In this document: piece by piece, positions 36,914 to 46,809 of the stretch | Position numbering within the stretch: the stretch's first letter is position 1 | Layout of the letters: each line of letters begins with the position of its first letter | DNA from: a virus | Taxonomy: Duplodnaviria > Caudoviricetes | Virus record (IMG/VR): IMGVR_UViG_3300035140_000027 | Location: 1-47,636 of that record | DNA length: 47,636 bases | Strand: one strand, 5' to 3' | Translations under genes and position numbers: made by a program | Notes under the pieces: generated by a model | The model's database searches: none | Seen by the model: only the letters and a program-made list of their open reading frames with translations | Told to the model about the DNA's origin: nothing

Positions 36914-37379
36914 CCGGCTCTCTCCTTACCGGGTTTACCCGCGTTTGGGTCCCCGATGCGTCGAACATGTTAGCCGTAGCCAGGGGCGTGGTACCATCTT
37001 CGTCATAAATAATTTGCTGTCCCGCCTCGGTAAGCTCCATGCCGCCGGCCGCCTCCTGGATCAATAACCGTATGTCCGCAGCCGATGGCAGATAGTGGAC
37101 GTCAAGCTGATCCATAAAATGGGCCGTTGCTGTGCTATCCGTTAACGTGTATTCTGCAAAGTACTGACCGGCCGGCAGCGTAGCGGGCTCCCATTCGTAG
37201 GACCACAGTGTTCCGGCGACGTTGACGAGGGGAGTACTTCCCAATACCTCTGACACCGCCCCCCCAACGATCTGAAAGACACGCACTGTGCCGGAATCAA
37301 CATCCGACTTCGGCTCACCAGTTTGGGTTAGAGCGAGAATCGGCAGAACGACCATCGATTGATTTATGTCTGCTCTCAA
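36906..37379 (-). CDS. Hypothetical virion protein (Ig-like beta sandwich candidate)
   Basis: GTLWSYEW...AGQYFAEYT; IYDEDGTTPL tail. Confidence 0.5.
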   Translation of the reverse strand: MRADINQSMVVLPILALTQTGEPKSDVDSGTVRVFQIVGGAVSEVLGSTPLVNVAGTLWSYEWEPATLPAGQYFAEYTLTDSTATAHFMDQLDVHYLPSAADIRLLIQEAAGGMELTEAGQQIIYDEDGTTPLATANMFDASGTQTRVNPVRREPVG

Positions 37380-39301
37380 GTCACCACCTCAGTCACTGTC
37401 ACATCCAGCCAATTCTTGCCGCCCTCGCCAATGACACCTATTGCGGTGCCGGATTGCGATCGCGTAAATGTGCCGTACTCCTGGCCGTCCATGATGATAC
37501 GCCAAGCCGTGCCGACAGCCTCCAGCCCGATGGTGTGGTCCTGATCTACGGACCATGAGGCAGGGAAACCGCCAGTGATGGTAATCGTCGAAGTTGGCGC
37601 ACCGCCGGCTTCTGCGGTATTGCAGATGATTGGGCTCTGCAAATCTGTCATAAAAAACAGGCCGCAACCGTCAAATGTTGTTGTGTCGATATGGGTTGCG
37701 ATTCCCCACCAATTGTCCGTTGTGACCCTGGCATGTGGAATGGTCCACTCTACATAGTGATTAGCCGGTAGGGCACCTCCGCAGGCGTTATATAGGATTC
37801 CGTATCCTCCAGCGTCGCTTACAAGGGCATTCGAAGTGATTTGCCCATCGGCGTTGTGCCCGGCCCAACCGTTGTCAAGCTCCGTGGTATCCGCCCTGTC
37901 GAACAAATCTTGCCATGCGATTCCGGAGCCAACAGTCACAGTCCATCCTCGGCTTTCCAGTGACGCCACACTGGCAAGTCCCGCAGCTGATGGTATCGCA
38001 TTACCAGATAGGTCTATCGTGCCGTTGCTAGTGCCGTAGGCGTCCATGGTTGCGAGCACGCCGTCAACCGCGGCTTCATCAAGCAGATTGTTGGACGCGT
38101 CCAAATTCAAGATCTCAGAACTGTTCGAGACATCCAGTGCCGCGAGCTGGTTTCCAGACACGTTCAAGACTCCGGATGCACCGTCAAGGTATCCGCACGA
38201 TACATCAACGGAGGTGATTTGATTGCCGTGCATGTCTAGACTGGCGAGTCTCCCACCATCAAATGTCAAGGCACCGCTGAGATTCGAATCCCACATAAGT
38301 AATTCTTCCAGCGCCACAAACCTTGAAACGTCAGGCAAACTGACATTGGTGTTACCCCACATGCACAGGTGCCGAATGTTGGCTCCAATTGTCCCCCATG
38401 TGATGCCATCAATACCATTGGTTCCAGCCCTAATATCCTCTAGAGCGACACAATCGGATAGATCTAACGATTGCACTGCACACGCCTCGATACAGAGACG
38501 TATAAGGCTTGCCGCGCCGGAAAGTCCGACGCTTTGCAGGCTTGTGCAGGATAGGCACTCGACGGTCTCCAGCGCCGCGCAGTTCGCAAAGTCCAATGAC
38601 GTCACCGGGTTGTTGGACGCCGCAAAGAACTGCAGTCCGGATGCGTTTCCGAGCCCCTCCACCAAGGTAACGTTCTGTTGGGCGAGCTCGTATTCTGCTC
38701 CAAGCTCCCCGCCGTCTCCGCCGTCGTATCCGACGACGAGACCAAGCAAGGCGGACCACGGTGTGACGCGGAGCTCCGTCTGTCGAGTGCCGGCCGTTCC
38801 GAAATCCTTGACTGGGTTGTCCGTGTTATCGATCGTGTCGTCGGAAAATCGCCACTCAATTGTTGCGCCTACATCCACGTCCAAAATCGCCTCGAACGTC
38901 TGGCCGGTGTGCGTGATAGTAATGACCGCGCTCTCAAAACTCTGATGGACCGGACCGAAATATATCGTATTTTCGGTATCGGCGTATCCTATGGCGCTCC
39001 CAGTTGGTCCAGAGGTGGCGAACACACCCGGAGTACTGCCGAGATAGATTGGCTGTCCAGGAATGAGGCTCCACGCGCTGTTGCGGAAGAAAACGCCGGT
39101 CCAACAGAGCACGCGCCGCGCCCCTGTCCCTTCCTCGAGGGCAAGGAAGAGTCCCGGTCGCCCGGGCGCAGCGTTTGAGACGGCCCCGACTAGATCCCCC
39201 GAGGCGTCTTGATAGAGCACGGCACCTAAACCGACGTCGTTAGAAGCGACGTTCTTGACGACTTCGGTGCGTGCCTCTATTGGTCCGAAACGGCCTTCCA
39301 T
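37376..39301 (-). CDS. Leucine-rich-repeat protein with N-terminal head-fibre/cement-like domain and C-terminal beta (lectin-like) domain
   Basis: Repeated LxxLxxxxNxLxxLD (e.g. LASLDMHGNQITSVDV, LNVSGNQLAALDVS); N-terminal WSLIPGQPIYLG...IGYA. Confidence 0.75.
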   Translation of the reverse strand: MEGRFGPIEARTEVVKNVASNDVGLGAVLYQDASGDLVGAVSNAAPGRPGLFLALEEGTGARRVLCWTGVFFRNSAWSLIPGQPIYLGSTPGVFATSGPTGSAIGYADTENTIYFGPVHQSFESAVITITHTGQTFEAILDVDVGATIEWRFSDDTIDNTDNPVKDFGTAGTRQTELRVTPWSALLGLVVGYDGGDGGELGAEYELAQQNVTLVEGLGNASGLQFFAASNNPVTSLDFANCAALETVECLSCTSLQSVGLSGAASLIRLCIEACAVQSLDLSDCVALEDIRAGTNGIDGITWGTIGANIRHLCMWGNTNVSLPDVSRFVALEELLMWDSNLSGALTFDGGRLASLDMHGNQITSVDVSCGYLDGASGVLNVSGNQLAALDVSNSSEILNLDASNNLLDEAAVDGVLATMDAYGTSNGTIDLSGNAIPSAAGLASVASLESRGWTVTVGSGIAWQDLFDRADTTELDNGWAGHNADGQITSNALVSDAGGYGILYNACGGALPANHYVEWTIPHARVTTDNWWGIATHIDTTTFDGCGLFFMTDLQSPIICNTAEAGGAPTSTITITGGFPASWSVDQDHTIGLEAVGTAWRIIMDGQEYGTFTRSQSGTAIGVIGEGGKNWLDVTVTEVVT

Positions 39302-39304
39302 ATC

Positions 39305-39694
39305 CTACTCACTAGCCACGTCGTAGAGCTCAAGAGTCAACGGCATGAGCCCCATACTGTTGCTGGGTTTCGTTTCCGCGACTTTGAAAGTCGCCTCCCT
39401 CCCGTTGCCGTCCACAACAGTGACAAGCCACGGCGTAGCGTCCTCGTTCTCTTCTCCACGTATGTCTCCGAAGCCCGCTGCTATGAGCTCCGAGATGATT
39501 ACAGAAACATGCACTTGCCGACTGGAAATGAACAACCCGGTGGTCGGGTCAATCGCTTCGGCGATGTCACCGTGGAAACCGTTGAACGTTTCAATTTCGC
39601 CGGATGGGCTTGTAATCGTGCACGGAACCCCACCGCTTTCCGGGTCGTTCATGATCTCAGAGAGATCGTCAAGTTGTGTGTCTCGCAGGGGCAT
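39305..39694 (-). CDS. Head-tail joining / head closure protein (gpFII-like)
   Basis: Position after capsid; DIAEAIDPTTG...PWLV pattern. Confidence 0.55.
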   Translation of the reverse strand: MPLRDTQLDDLSEIMNDPESGGVPCTITSPSGEIETFNGFHGDIAEAIDPTTGLFISSRQVHVSVIISELIAAGFGDIRGEENEDATPWLVTVVDGNGREATFKVAETKPSNSMGLMPLTLELYDVASE

Positions 39695-39707
39695 CTATTT
39701 TGCGGCC

Positions 39708-40034
39708 TTATGCTCTTTTTTTGCGGAGCTTTTTGTACTCATTCTCGGTGATGATAAAACCTTTATTTTTGTGTTCCTCGAAAGCCTCGGTTGATGCTTC
39801 AAGTTCTTTTTCGTCTTTTTTTCGAGAACAGAAAAATTCCGGAATTACAAGATCTCCAGGTTCCAGGACACCCTTTCGTGGCGTGGCAAATGTGACGCCA
39901 TCGGCGACCACGAAAACATCTTTATTGTTTTCGCTTTGGCCTTTGGTGTCCTTGCCGGTGGCTTTCTTAGTGTCGCCCTGATCGGCCGTGTTAAGCAGTA
40001 CATCTTTATTGTTTTCGTTTTGGCCTTTACTCAT
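39708..40034 (-). CDS. Small charged protein after capsid (gpFI-like position)
   Basis: Internal KGQxENNKDV repeat; VADGVTF...GVLEPGD. Confidence 0.55.
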   Translation of the reverse strand: MSKGQNENNKDVLLNTADQGDTKKATGKDTKGQSENNKDVFVVADGVTFATPRKGVLEPGDLVIPEFFCSRKKDEKELEASTEAFEEHKNKGFIITENEYKKLRKKRA

Positions 40035-40035
40035 T

Positions 40036-41112
40036 TTACAGCCCCGTATCGTGACACCCGAATGTGTCCATAGCGATGGGGAGAAGGATCGGACGCGAAG
40101 ACAATTCGATTGTTACCGCAGATCCGTTTTTCTCGGCCCAGTTGTTGAAGAAAATGTCCATCCCCTGTTTTCGCATTTTGGCGCGCCGGCGCAACTCGGG
40201 GATCGGCGTGTTTTGCCCATTCGGTAGGAAGAAGATCCGGCCGAAAGCAGTCTCAAGACGGCCATCTGCCAAGGTGATGATTTTCTCTTCAGGCACGGCC
40301 CTAACTTTGGAGCCGGTCTGAGGATCTTTGTAGATCTCGCCAGATGTCCAGATGTCGATTTTGAAGTTTTCCAGATCCAGTGTGCCGCGATAGTGTCCGC
40401 CGCGGGTTCCTCCGCTCTTGAGGGGGTGCAGCTGTCCAAAATCGGCGCGCTTCTGATCGAATCGCTTTAGGATATCGTCGTCGCTGGTGAGATTATCAAA
40501 TGCTGCATCTCCGAATATCATACGGACGGGATCTTCCAATCCGTCGTTACGCACCGCATTGGCGACCGTGGCAAGCTGCCCAAGCTTCTGTGCCCCGGTT
40601 GCGGTATCCCATGCGACGGATGCGGTTGTGAAATGTGTCGCCTTGGGTTCGAAGTCGATAGTGTAGACAACTTCCCCGTCCTCGTCGGTGAGGGCGAGCT
40701 GTCCGGTCGTCAAAATCTGCGATGCCTGAATGGTCATCGCGCGCCGAATCTTTTTCTCAAGGCGCGTTGCAGCCATTGAGGCGCGCTCTCCAGCCTCCCG
40801 GAGAAAACCTGGATCCTTGTATTCGTTCTCACCAACTTGACGGTTCCTGCCCAATGACGATGCGGAAATCGATGCACTCTCAGCATAACGAGGTGGAATG
40901 ATCTTTTTGTTGTCGAAGTCTCCCAGATCGTTGTGATGAGATCCCGGCCCGGCAATCGGCACGGCAACATCTTCATCTTCCCTCATGATGTCCCATTTCA
41001 CCTCCTCGCTGTTTTTGTAACTCTCTGCTGTGGTACGGAACATGCCAGCGAGAAAAGTTGGGACCGGAGCGTTTTGGAAATACGGTCTCAGCATTCTTGT
41101 CGTAATGGTCAT
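40036..41112 (-). CDS. Major capsid protein (lambda gpE family)
   Basis: 358 aa; VKWDI..VAVP, PPRYAES, QILTTG, SRPILLP; lambda head synteny. Confidence 0.9.
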   Translation of the reverse strand: MTITTRMLRPYFQNAPVPTFLAGMFRTTAESYKNSEEVKWDIMREDEDVAVPIAGPGSHHNDLGDFDNKKIIPPRYAESASISASSLGRNRQVGENEYKDPGFLREAGERASMAATRLEKKIRRAMTIQASQILTTGQLALTDEDGEVVYTIDFEPKATHFTTASVAWDTATGAQKLGQLATVANAVRNDGLEDPVRMIFGDAAFDNLTSDDDILKRFDQKRADFGQLHPLKSGGTRGGHYRGTLDLENFKIDIWTSGEIYKDPQTGSKVRAVPEEKIITLADGRLETAFGRIFFLPNGQNTPIPELRRRAKMRKQGMDIFFNNWAEKNGSAVTIELSSRPILLPIAMDTFGCHDTGL

Positions 41113-41123
41113 GCGAATGCCTC

Positions 41124-41528
41124 CTAACTTACGCCGTTGTCGGCGACGTAGAGATCTTTGGTGTCAACGAGCGTGATGCCCTTATCTCTACAGAGCAGCT
41201 TCACGTTCGCATCGATGTTGCTGGCGTCACCGTCAGCATGGACAACGGCTTTGTGCGTTTGGATGTCCGCGTCGATGTAGATGGTAACCGGAATGTCCCC
41301 AGCGCCGGCGGCAACCTTCTCCTCGGTCAGTGCGCCGGCGACAATCCCGTTACCGTTTGTCGTACCGCCGATAACGTAGGGCACGTAATTTTGCGTCGCC
41401 GTATCCAGCGCAACGAGCGTATTTGCAAGAAACGTATCCGCTCCGGCTGCCGTCAAGAGACCTATTTCGGTGCGCCCAACACGGATCACTCCATCATTGA
41501 CAACTTCTTTGCTTGCCGTAAAAGACAT
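41124..41528 (-). CDS. Head decoration protein (gpD-like)
   Basis: Between protease and capsid; 134 aa. Confidence 0.75.
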   Translation of the reverse strand: MSFTASKEVVNDGVIRVGRTEIGLLTAAGADTFLANTLVALDTATQNYVPYVIGGTTNGNGIVAGALTEEKVAAGAGDIPVTIYIDADIQTHKAVVHADGDASNIDANVKLLCRDKGITLVDTKDLYVADNGVS

Positions 41529-42656
41529 CTATACCTCCCCCCACTCGAGGCCATCGCAGCCTTCTTCTATCTCCGCTTTTTCTTTCGCAAACGCGGTTAC
41601 GACCGGCGCATCTCCGTTGGTGTTGATGTCCGGCGGGTTGTCGGCGGCGCGTGCGGCTATCAGACTCTTATTCCGTGCAAAAGCCTGATGCTTTGCCTCC
41701 ACTTTCGGGCCGTACTCGTCGCCGGCGAGAATCGCTTTGTGTGCCGCCTCCACGTCGCCGTTCTCGGCTGCGATCAAGTGTGCCTCGACGCGGTCTCTCT
41801 CCTTTTCGGAGCCCTTTTTTGAGCCCGCCGCCTCGCCAAGCGCGAAAACCTGGGCATAGAGCCCGGGGTATTCTGCCTTGAGTTGTTCCAGATCCATGGA
41901 TTTCGCTCCTATTGCTGCCGCCTTGGATTTGGCGGGCTGGTTTTGCGGCATGATCCCGTCGATCATGCCTTTGGATAAGGCCGTTCGGGCGGTCATTACC
42001 GCGCCCTGGCCGTAGTTTTTCTTGATGTTTTCGACGGTTGTTTTTCGGCCGACTGCCATCTTTTCGGCATAGATCGCCCAGAAGTCGTCAAGCTCGTCCA
42101 CAACAACCTTTTTCCCCTCGTCAGTGCTTACGTCAGGGCGTTTCTTTTTGCTATCGCTGTTTGTGAGGTCAACAATACTGTCTGATATATATGCCCAAGT
42201 GGCAATGCCGATGCTGCCGACGTTGGACGCCGGACTCTCGACAATTATTTCTCCGGTCTGCGACGCGAGCATATAAGCTGCAGACGCCAGCGTATTCCCG
42301 GCAATCGTTCGAGTAGGAATATCGACGGATGCGATGGCCAGCATTGCGTCATACAGTCCATCGATGTGTCCACCGGGACTATCTATCTCAAAATCAATGC
42401 TTTTAGCTCCCTTGTACTGAGCTTCCGCTACATCTGCAATGATGTCCGAATACACCGTGTGGTTTTCGCCCCAATAATCCATCCATGAGTTTCTTTTGGG
42501 GTACAGTGGGCCTTTGATTTGGATAGTCGCTACACCATTTTTGAGCTTGACCGGTTCTCGCTCTTTTGCTTTTGCTTCGGGCTCAGGCATGCCGAGAACA
42601 GCCGCGAACATTGCAGCCATCCGATCAACCTCATACTGTAGCATAAACAGCTTCAT
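41529..42656 (-). CDS. Prohead protease/scaffold, peptidase S49 (gpC-like)
   Basis: IDSPGG, ASAAYMLAS, VGSIG, ALSKGMIDG; C-terminal MDLEQLKAEYP scaffold-like region. Confidence 0.9.
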   Translation of the reverse strand: MKLFMLQYEVDRMAAMFAAVLGMPEPEAKAKEREPVKLKNGVATIQIKGPLYPKRNSWMDYWGENHTVYSDIIADVAEAQYKGAKSIDFEIDSPGGHIDGLYDAMLAIASVDIPTRTIAGNTLASAAYMLASQTGEIIVESPASNVGSIGIATWAYISDSIVDLTNSDSKKKRPDVSTDEGKKVVVDELDDFWAIYAEKMAVGRKTTVENIKKNYGQGAVMTARTALSKGMIDGIMPQNQPAKSKAAAIGAKSMDLEQLKAEYPGLYAQVFALGEAAGSKKGSEKERDRVEAHLIAAENGDVEAAHKAILAGDEYGPKVEAKHQAFARNKSLIAARAADNPPDINTNGDAPVVTAFAKEKAEIEEGCDGLEWGEV

Positions 42657-44338
42657 GCGGCCGCTTTCTCCTCTCTGGATTCGCCGCCGATATGGATGCC
42701 GGCGAGCGCTGCCACGTCCTTCACTTTGTCCGCTCCAAATTGTTGTTGGAGTTCGAGGAGCGGCCGCATGGCTTTCGCCAGCATCGCGTTTTCTTCCTCT
42801 AGAATCTCCACGTTGTCGGCGAACTTGGTACCGTTGACGGCGCGGGATATGCGGTCATTAGTGTTCCAGCCGTTCTTCACCTGGATCTCAAAGCCTTGAC
42901 CTTGTTTTTTCATGTCGGTGGTTGGCTTAACAGAGCCAATCCATTCTACCTTTATCCATGCGCGTTTGACGTCGTACTGTTGCGGATTGTAATAGGCATC
43001 GATAAACCCGGGCGCTTCGATTTTGCCGATCAGCACTTCGGATACCTGCCACCCCTCAGCCATGTTCTGACAGTGCTCTACGGAGAACCGTGCACGCTCC
43101 ATCATTAGAAACATGATCCACTCATTAAGCGCGGCCTGTGAGGCATTGAACGCCTTGTGGAACGATAGCGTAAGTATCTCCGGCGGAATCTGTAGCGCCC
43201 AGGCCATACCGGCCACAATCGCGGCCTCGAACGGGCCGAAGTTGACGTCTGAACCGCTGATGGCGTACGCCGAGAACTCTTCCCCTTGCGAAAGTTCTTC
43301 GGCCCAGAACCCAGGGAAAAGCTCATTGACCCGCACCTTGCGCGTTGAATCCTTCGGATCGGTGGCAACTGTATGTTGCCTGCCCGCTCCTTGGCTGATT
43401 GGAAGTGATGGCAACGCGCCAGTTGTGTTTTTGACGGAACCAACGATCATTGCGTTGATCTTTGCCTTTAAAAGGCTACTCCCCTTGTATCCGCTGATGT
43501 CGTTCAATCCCTGGACGACGATGCCGAGCAGGGGCTCACCGCGCACGCCGTCTTCGCGTTTGTCGCAGCCGTAGACGAGCCATGCGACCTTGCGGCCGCT
43601 GTTCGCGCCATGTACCGGAATGTACTCATAGCGATCATCCCAAACGTCTACGGTACCCTTGTAGACGTAGTAGCCGACGTGCCGGCCTCGGTTGTCGATG
43701 CGGACACCGTCGATTACATTCGGATCTAACGCGTGCTCCGGCGGCGTCTGAACGCGGTCCCCGTTGACAATTTGGATTTGGGGTAGACCGGTAAATGGAT
43801 CTTGTCGATTGATGACCAGGCAGTCACCATTGATAAGCGCTTCGAGGTATATCTGAGCCTGCAAATCACCTTCGGATCGGGTGCCCTTGGCGTCCACGAT
43901 TTCGGGGGAATTACAGTATAGATCATATCGCTGCTCGTACAGTTTCGCGTACGCTTTGGCCTGCTCCTTGGTGATGCCGAGGATTTCATGATTGAGGCGC
44001 CACTCCGGTCGGAGACCGGTGTGAATGACGTTGGTGACGTATCGGCGGAGCATTCCGCGGGCGTACATGTTGCTGTAGAACAGCGCTGCGGAGCGTTGGC
44101 GTAGCGTCCAGTAGTCCAGGTTTCCGATCTCGTCGACAAATCCGCTTACGCCGCGCCAAAATATCGATCCATCAAAAGTGCCGGTAGGCGGGGATGCGTA
44201 TTGCGTCGACGCTTCGACCTGCGGCGAGGACTCGGCTGCAGGCTCCGGCTCCGGAGGCGGAGGGGGCGGCGATGCGGATGCCGGCCACGTCCAGGGCTGT
44301 TCCTCTTCGTAGATTTCGCGTCCCCAACTCACCGTCAC
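42653..44338 (-). CDS. Portal protein, lambda family
   Basis: LRQRSAAL...YARG, GVRIDNRGRHVGY, VRGEPLL, NASQAALNE. Confidence 0.92.
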   Translation of the reverse strand: MTVSWGREIYEEEQPWTWPASASPPPPPPEPEPAAESSPQVEASTQYASPPTGTFDGSIFWRGVSGFVDEIGNLDYWTLRQRSAALFYSNMYARGMLRRYVTNVIHTGLRPEWRLNHEILGITKEQAKAYAKLYEQRYDLYCNSPEIVDAKGTRSEGDLQAQIYLEALINGDCLVINRQDPFTGLPQIQIVNGDRVQTPPEHALDPNVIDGVRIDNRGRHVGYYVYKGTVDVWDDRYEYIPVHGANSGRKVAWLVYGCDKREDGVRGEPLLGIVVQGLNDISGYKGSSLLKAKINAMIVGSVKNTTGALPSLPISQGAGRQHTVATDPKDSTRKVRVNELFPGFWAEELSQGEEFSAYAISGSDVNFGPFEAAIVAGMAWALQIPPEILTLSFHKAFNASQAALNEWIMFLMMERARFSVEHCQNMAEGWQVSEVLIGKIEAPGFIDAYYNPQQYDVKRAWIKVEWIGSVKPTTDMKKQGQGFEIQVKNGWNTNDRISRAVNGTKFADNVEILEEENAMLAKAMRPLLELQQQFGADKVKDVAALAGIHIGGESREEKAAA

Positions 44339-44574
44339 CTCACGTTGCAGGTTCCGCCGCCGAGGAGACGGGAGAGACGTGCCAAAAGCTTTTCAATCAG
44401 ACCGTCAATCTTCCATGAGTCTTTTTTGGTGACTGATTGGGATACCTGCCCGTCGCTGAAGGTATAGCTCTTTATGGTTCCATTTTCGAGCTGCGTTACA
44501 GCGATCCGTAGTGCATTGATGCGGGTGCGCAACGATGTGATTTCGGACTGGATGTCTGTTGCGGGCAGAACCAT
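44335..44574 (-). CDS. Head completion protein gpW-like
   Basis: 79 aa between terL and portal; SYTFSDGQVSQSVT. Confidence 0.7.
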   Translation of the reverse strand: MVLPATDIQSEITSLRTRINALRIAVTQLENGTIKSYTFSDGQVSQSVTKKDSWKIDGLIEKLLARLSRLLGGGTCNVR

Positions 44575-44711
44575 GTCTCACAACCTGCAAGTAGAGACAG
44601 AAGTGTCTCCTGATACAAAGCGAAACATAAATGTTTCGGTGTATCAAGAAAAATTTACCACTGAGGCATTATGGAACATAAATGTCTCATAATTCCGGGT
44701 AGATGTGTCTC
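44574..44711. promoter_or_regulatory. Cluster of palindromic GARACA-N4-TGTYTC operator-like sites
   Basis: 44594-44609, 44622-44637, 44673-44688 plus half sites at 44574 and 44706. Confidence 0.6.
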
Positions 44712-44817
44712 AAATTATTTTGAAATCTGGTGCTCTTGGGCGGGCAGCCGGGCGGGAGGGGAAGGCAATACGAATTGGCAGCGCCCTGCCCGGAAAACAG
44801 ATCTGGACGGTGTGGAG

Positions 44818-46809
44818 CTAATTCGCTTCCTGCCAGAACACGCCTGTTTTGCAGTATTCCCAGAACTGCGGCCAATCGACAGTTTCCATTTTGTAATTTT
44901 TGACGCATATGAGCCACGCAAGTATCTCCACCGAGGCGTGCCCGTACACGAGCAGATCCCATAGCTCGTTATCGGCTCCGTGTGGACGGTGCCACTCATA
45001 GCCCGCTATCCTCCCGTTTGCGAGCTTCTTTTCGCGCTTCCATTCTTTCGTAAGCTCTTTGATTTCATCGTCTGTCGTGTCGGCCGGCGCGTTGAATGTG
45101 TACGGTCGCTGGATACCTTTCTCAGTGCGCCATGGGCGTCCGAGTATCGGGGCGATTCGATCCTTGTAGTGGTTGACTTTGATGACATACAGCAAATCGC
45201 CTGTCTTGGCCTTTGACTCTTTGAAGTTAGTAATGCCCTTATCGGAAATATCATTCTTATCCCCCTTGATCGGCCACACGCAGCGCTCTGCAGACCATTG
45301 CCGGCAGAAGTCCAGGACCACGCTCTCAGCCCATCCGGAGTCAATCAAATGGACGATAGTGCGATACTCTCTACCGTCGTCTGATTTCCAAACGCCGTTA
45401 TCGATGACATCGGCGAGCTGTTCCCATCCAGGGGCATCCAGCGATGCAAAACCAATATCAGAATCGTCTGTGATCTGGTAGTAATCTACGAGCCATGGAT
45501 TGAAGCCAAAACCATCTCCCGCCGTCCATCCCCATATCGAGACATTCAAATGGTGCTTGTGCACATCGACAGTCATCGTCAGAAATAGGACACCAGTGAT
45601 GCTGTATTCCTCGATTTTGAGATTTGGAATTTGTCCCTTGATGTAGAACGACCGGCGATGCGATGACACAGCGCGGAATTGCAGTTTTTCCCCGTCTTCT
45701 TCGAATGTTTTGGCCAGGAAGTTGTTGTAGAATTGCTTCATCGCCTTGAGGCTCTTCGTGCGACCTTTTTTTGTATCGTAAGCCGCCAGCCACATAGAGA
45801 CACCCTTGGACCAACGGGAGCGTCGCGACATGAGACCGGTGATGTGATAGCTGCGGATTCCAGGCTCTACCGGTATCACGGTAGGTTTCCATTCGCAGTT
45901 GTCCTTCGTAATGAGTCGGACCTTGTCATGTTCCGTGTGAGGATTGTCGCAGAATTTGCAGTGATAACGAACACTGTCGATGTCGAGCTGGCCGTTGTTG
46001 GTATCCCATTTCAGTCCATAGGTTTTGCCGGTCTCCTTATTCGTTCCAGAAAAGCGGAGCTCTTGCTCTCCACCGCACTTGAGACAGTGGACCATGTATT
46101 TCCGCTGGTCGCCTCGTAGGTATCGCTTTTCGATTCGACTCGCCCCTTTTATCGTCGGCGTGCAGCCAATGAATACCTTGCGGATCTCGTCGAATGCCGT
46201 TGTGCGATCGATGAATAGCCCTATCGGGTCACCGTCCGGATTGTCAGGGTAGGCGTCGACTTCGTCGAGGAGCAGAAAGAGCGCGGGGGTTTCCCGCATC
46301 TGGTGGGCTTTCTGGCCTCCTTTTGGGATCATGTGCCCGCCGCCGACCCATTGGATGTGATTCTTTGTGACACCGCGTTTACGGCTATTTCCGATGTCGT
46401 GGCTCTGGAAGATATGCTCAAGGCCAGACTGTTGAAACATAGGAATGAACGCAGAATCGATTATCTCCCGGGCTTGTTCGATTGTGACGTTTGCGTAGAT
46501 TCCTGGAGATGTCCTAATTTGGACCGCGAAATAGAACACAATAGAACGAAGAACGGTTGAGTAAGCGGACTGCACCGATTTCATTATGTCCACCTCGCGG
46601 ACGTCTGAACGGACGTCGAAGCACTCAAGGGGCTCTATCCAATACGGGGTGCGGTCAAAATTGATGTAACCGGGATGGCTGGTTTCGGACGACGGCAGGA
46701 ACCGCATTTCCTGGTTGCACTCTACTGGGGAGCGCTGTACAATCTCGTCGGTTAGGTCGCCGGCCATCTCGGCCGCCCATGGCGACCCAATGGTATCAAT
46801 GTTGTACAT
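44818..46809 (-). CDS. Terminase large subunit, lambda GpA family
   Basis: RTPYWIEPLE, atypical Walker A KSVQSAYST, LLDEVDAY, CTPTIKG, GDQRKY..CLKCG, TVDVH, IDSG, NELWDL. Confidence 0.95.
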   Translation of the reverse strand: MYNIDTIGSPWAAEMAGDLTDEIVQRSPVECNQEMRFLPSSETSHPGYINFDRTPYWIEPLECFDVRSDVREVDIMKSVQSAYSTVLRSIVFYFAVQIRTSPGIYANVTIEQAREIIDSAFIPMFQQSGLEHIFQSHDIGNSRKRGVTKNHIQWVGGGHMIPKGGQKAHQMRETPALFLLLDEVDAYPDNPDGDPIGLFIDRTTAFDEIRKVFIGCTPTIKGASRIEKRYLRGDQRKYMVHCLKCGGEQELRFSGTNKETGKTYGLKWDTNNGQLDIDSVRYHCKFCDNPHTEHDKVRLITKDNCEWKPTVIPVEPGIRSYHITGLMSRRSRWSKGVSMWLAAYDTKKGRTKSLKAMKQFYNNFLAKTFEEDGEKLQFRAVSSHRRSFYIKGQIPNLKIEEYSITGVLFLTMTVDVHKHHLNVSIWGWTAGDGFGFNPWLVDYYQITDDSDIGFASLDAPGWEQLADVIDNGVWKSDDGREYRTIVHLIDSGWAESVVLDFCRQWSAERCVWPIKGDKNDISDKGITNFKESKAKTGDLLYVIKVNHYKDRIAPILGRPWRTEKGIQRPYTFNAPADTTDDEIKELTKEWKREKKLANGRIAGYEWHRPHGADNELWDLLVYGHASVEILAWLICVKNYKMETVDWPQFWEYCKTGVFWQEAN

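Noticed and set aside
44405-44999. Small ORFs in the terL-gpW gap
   Set aside because: Overlap terL or gpW or are antisense, lack SD and motifs; the region looks regulatory
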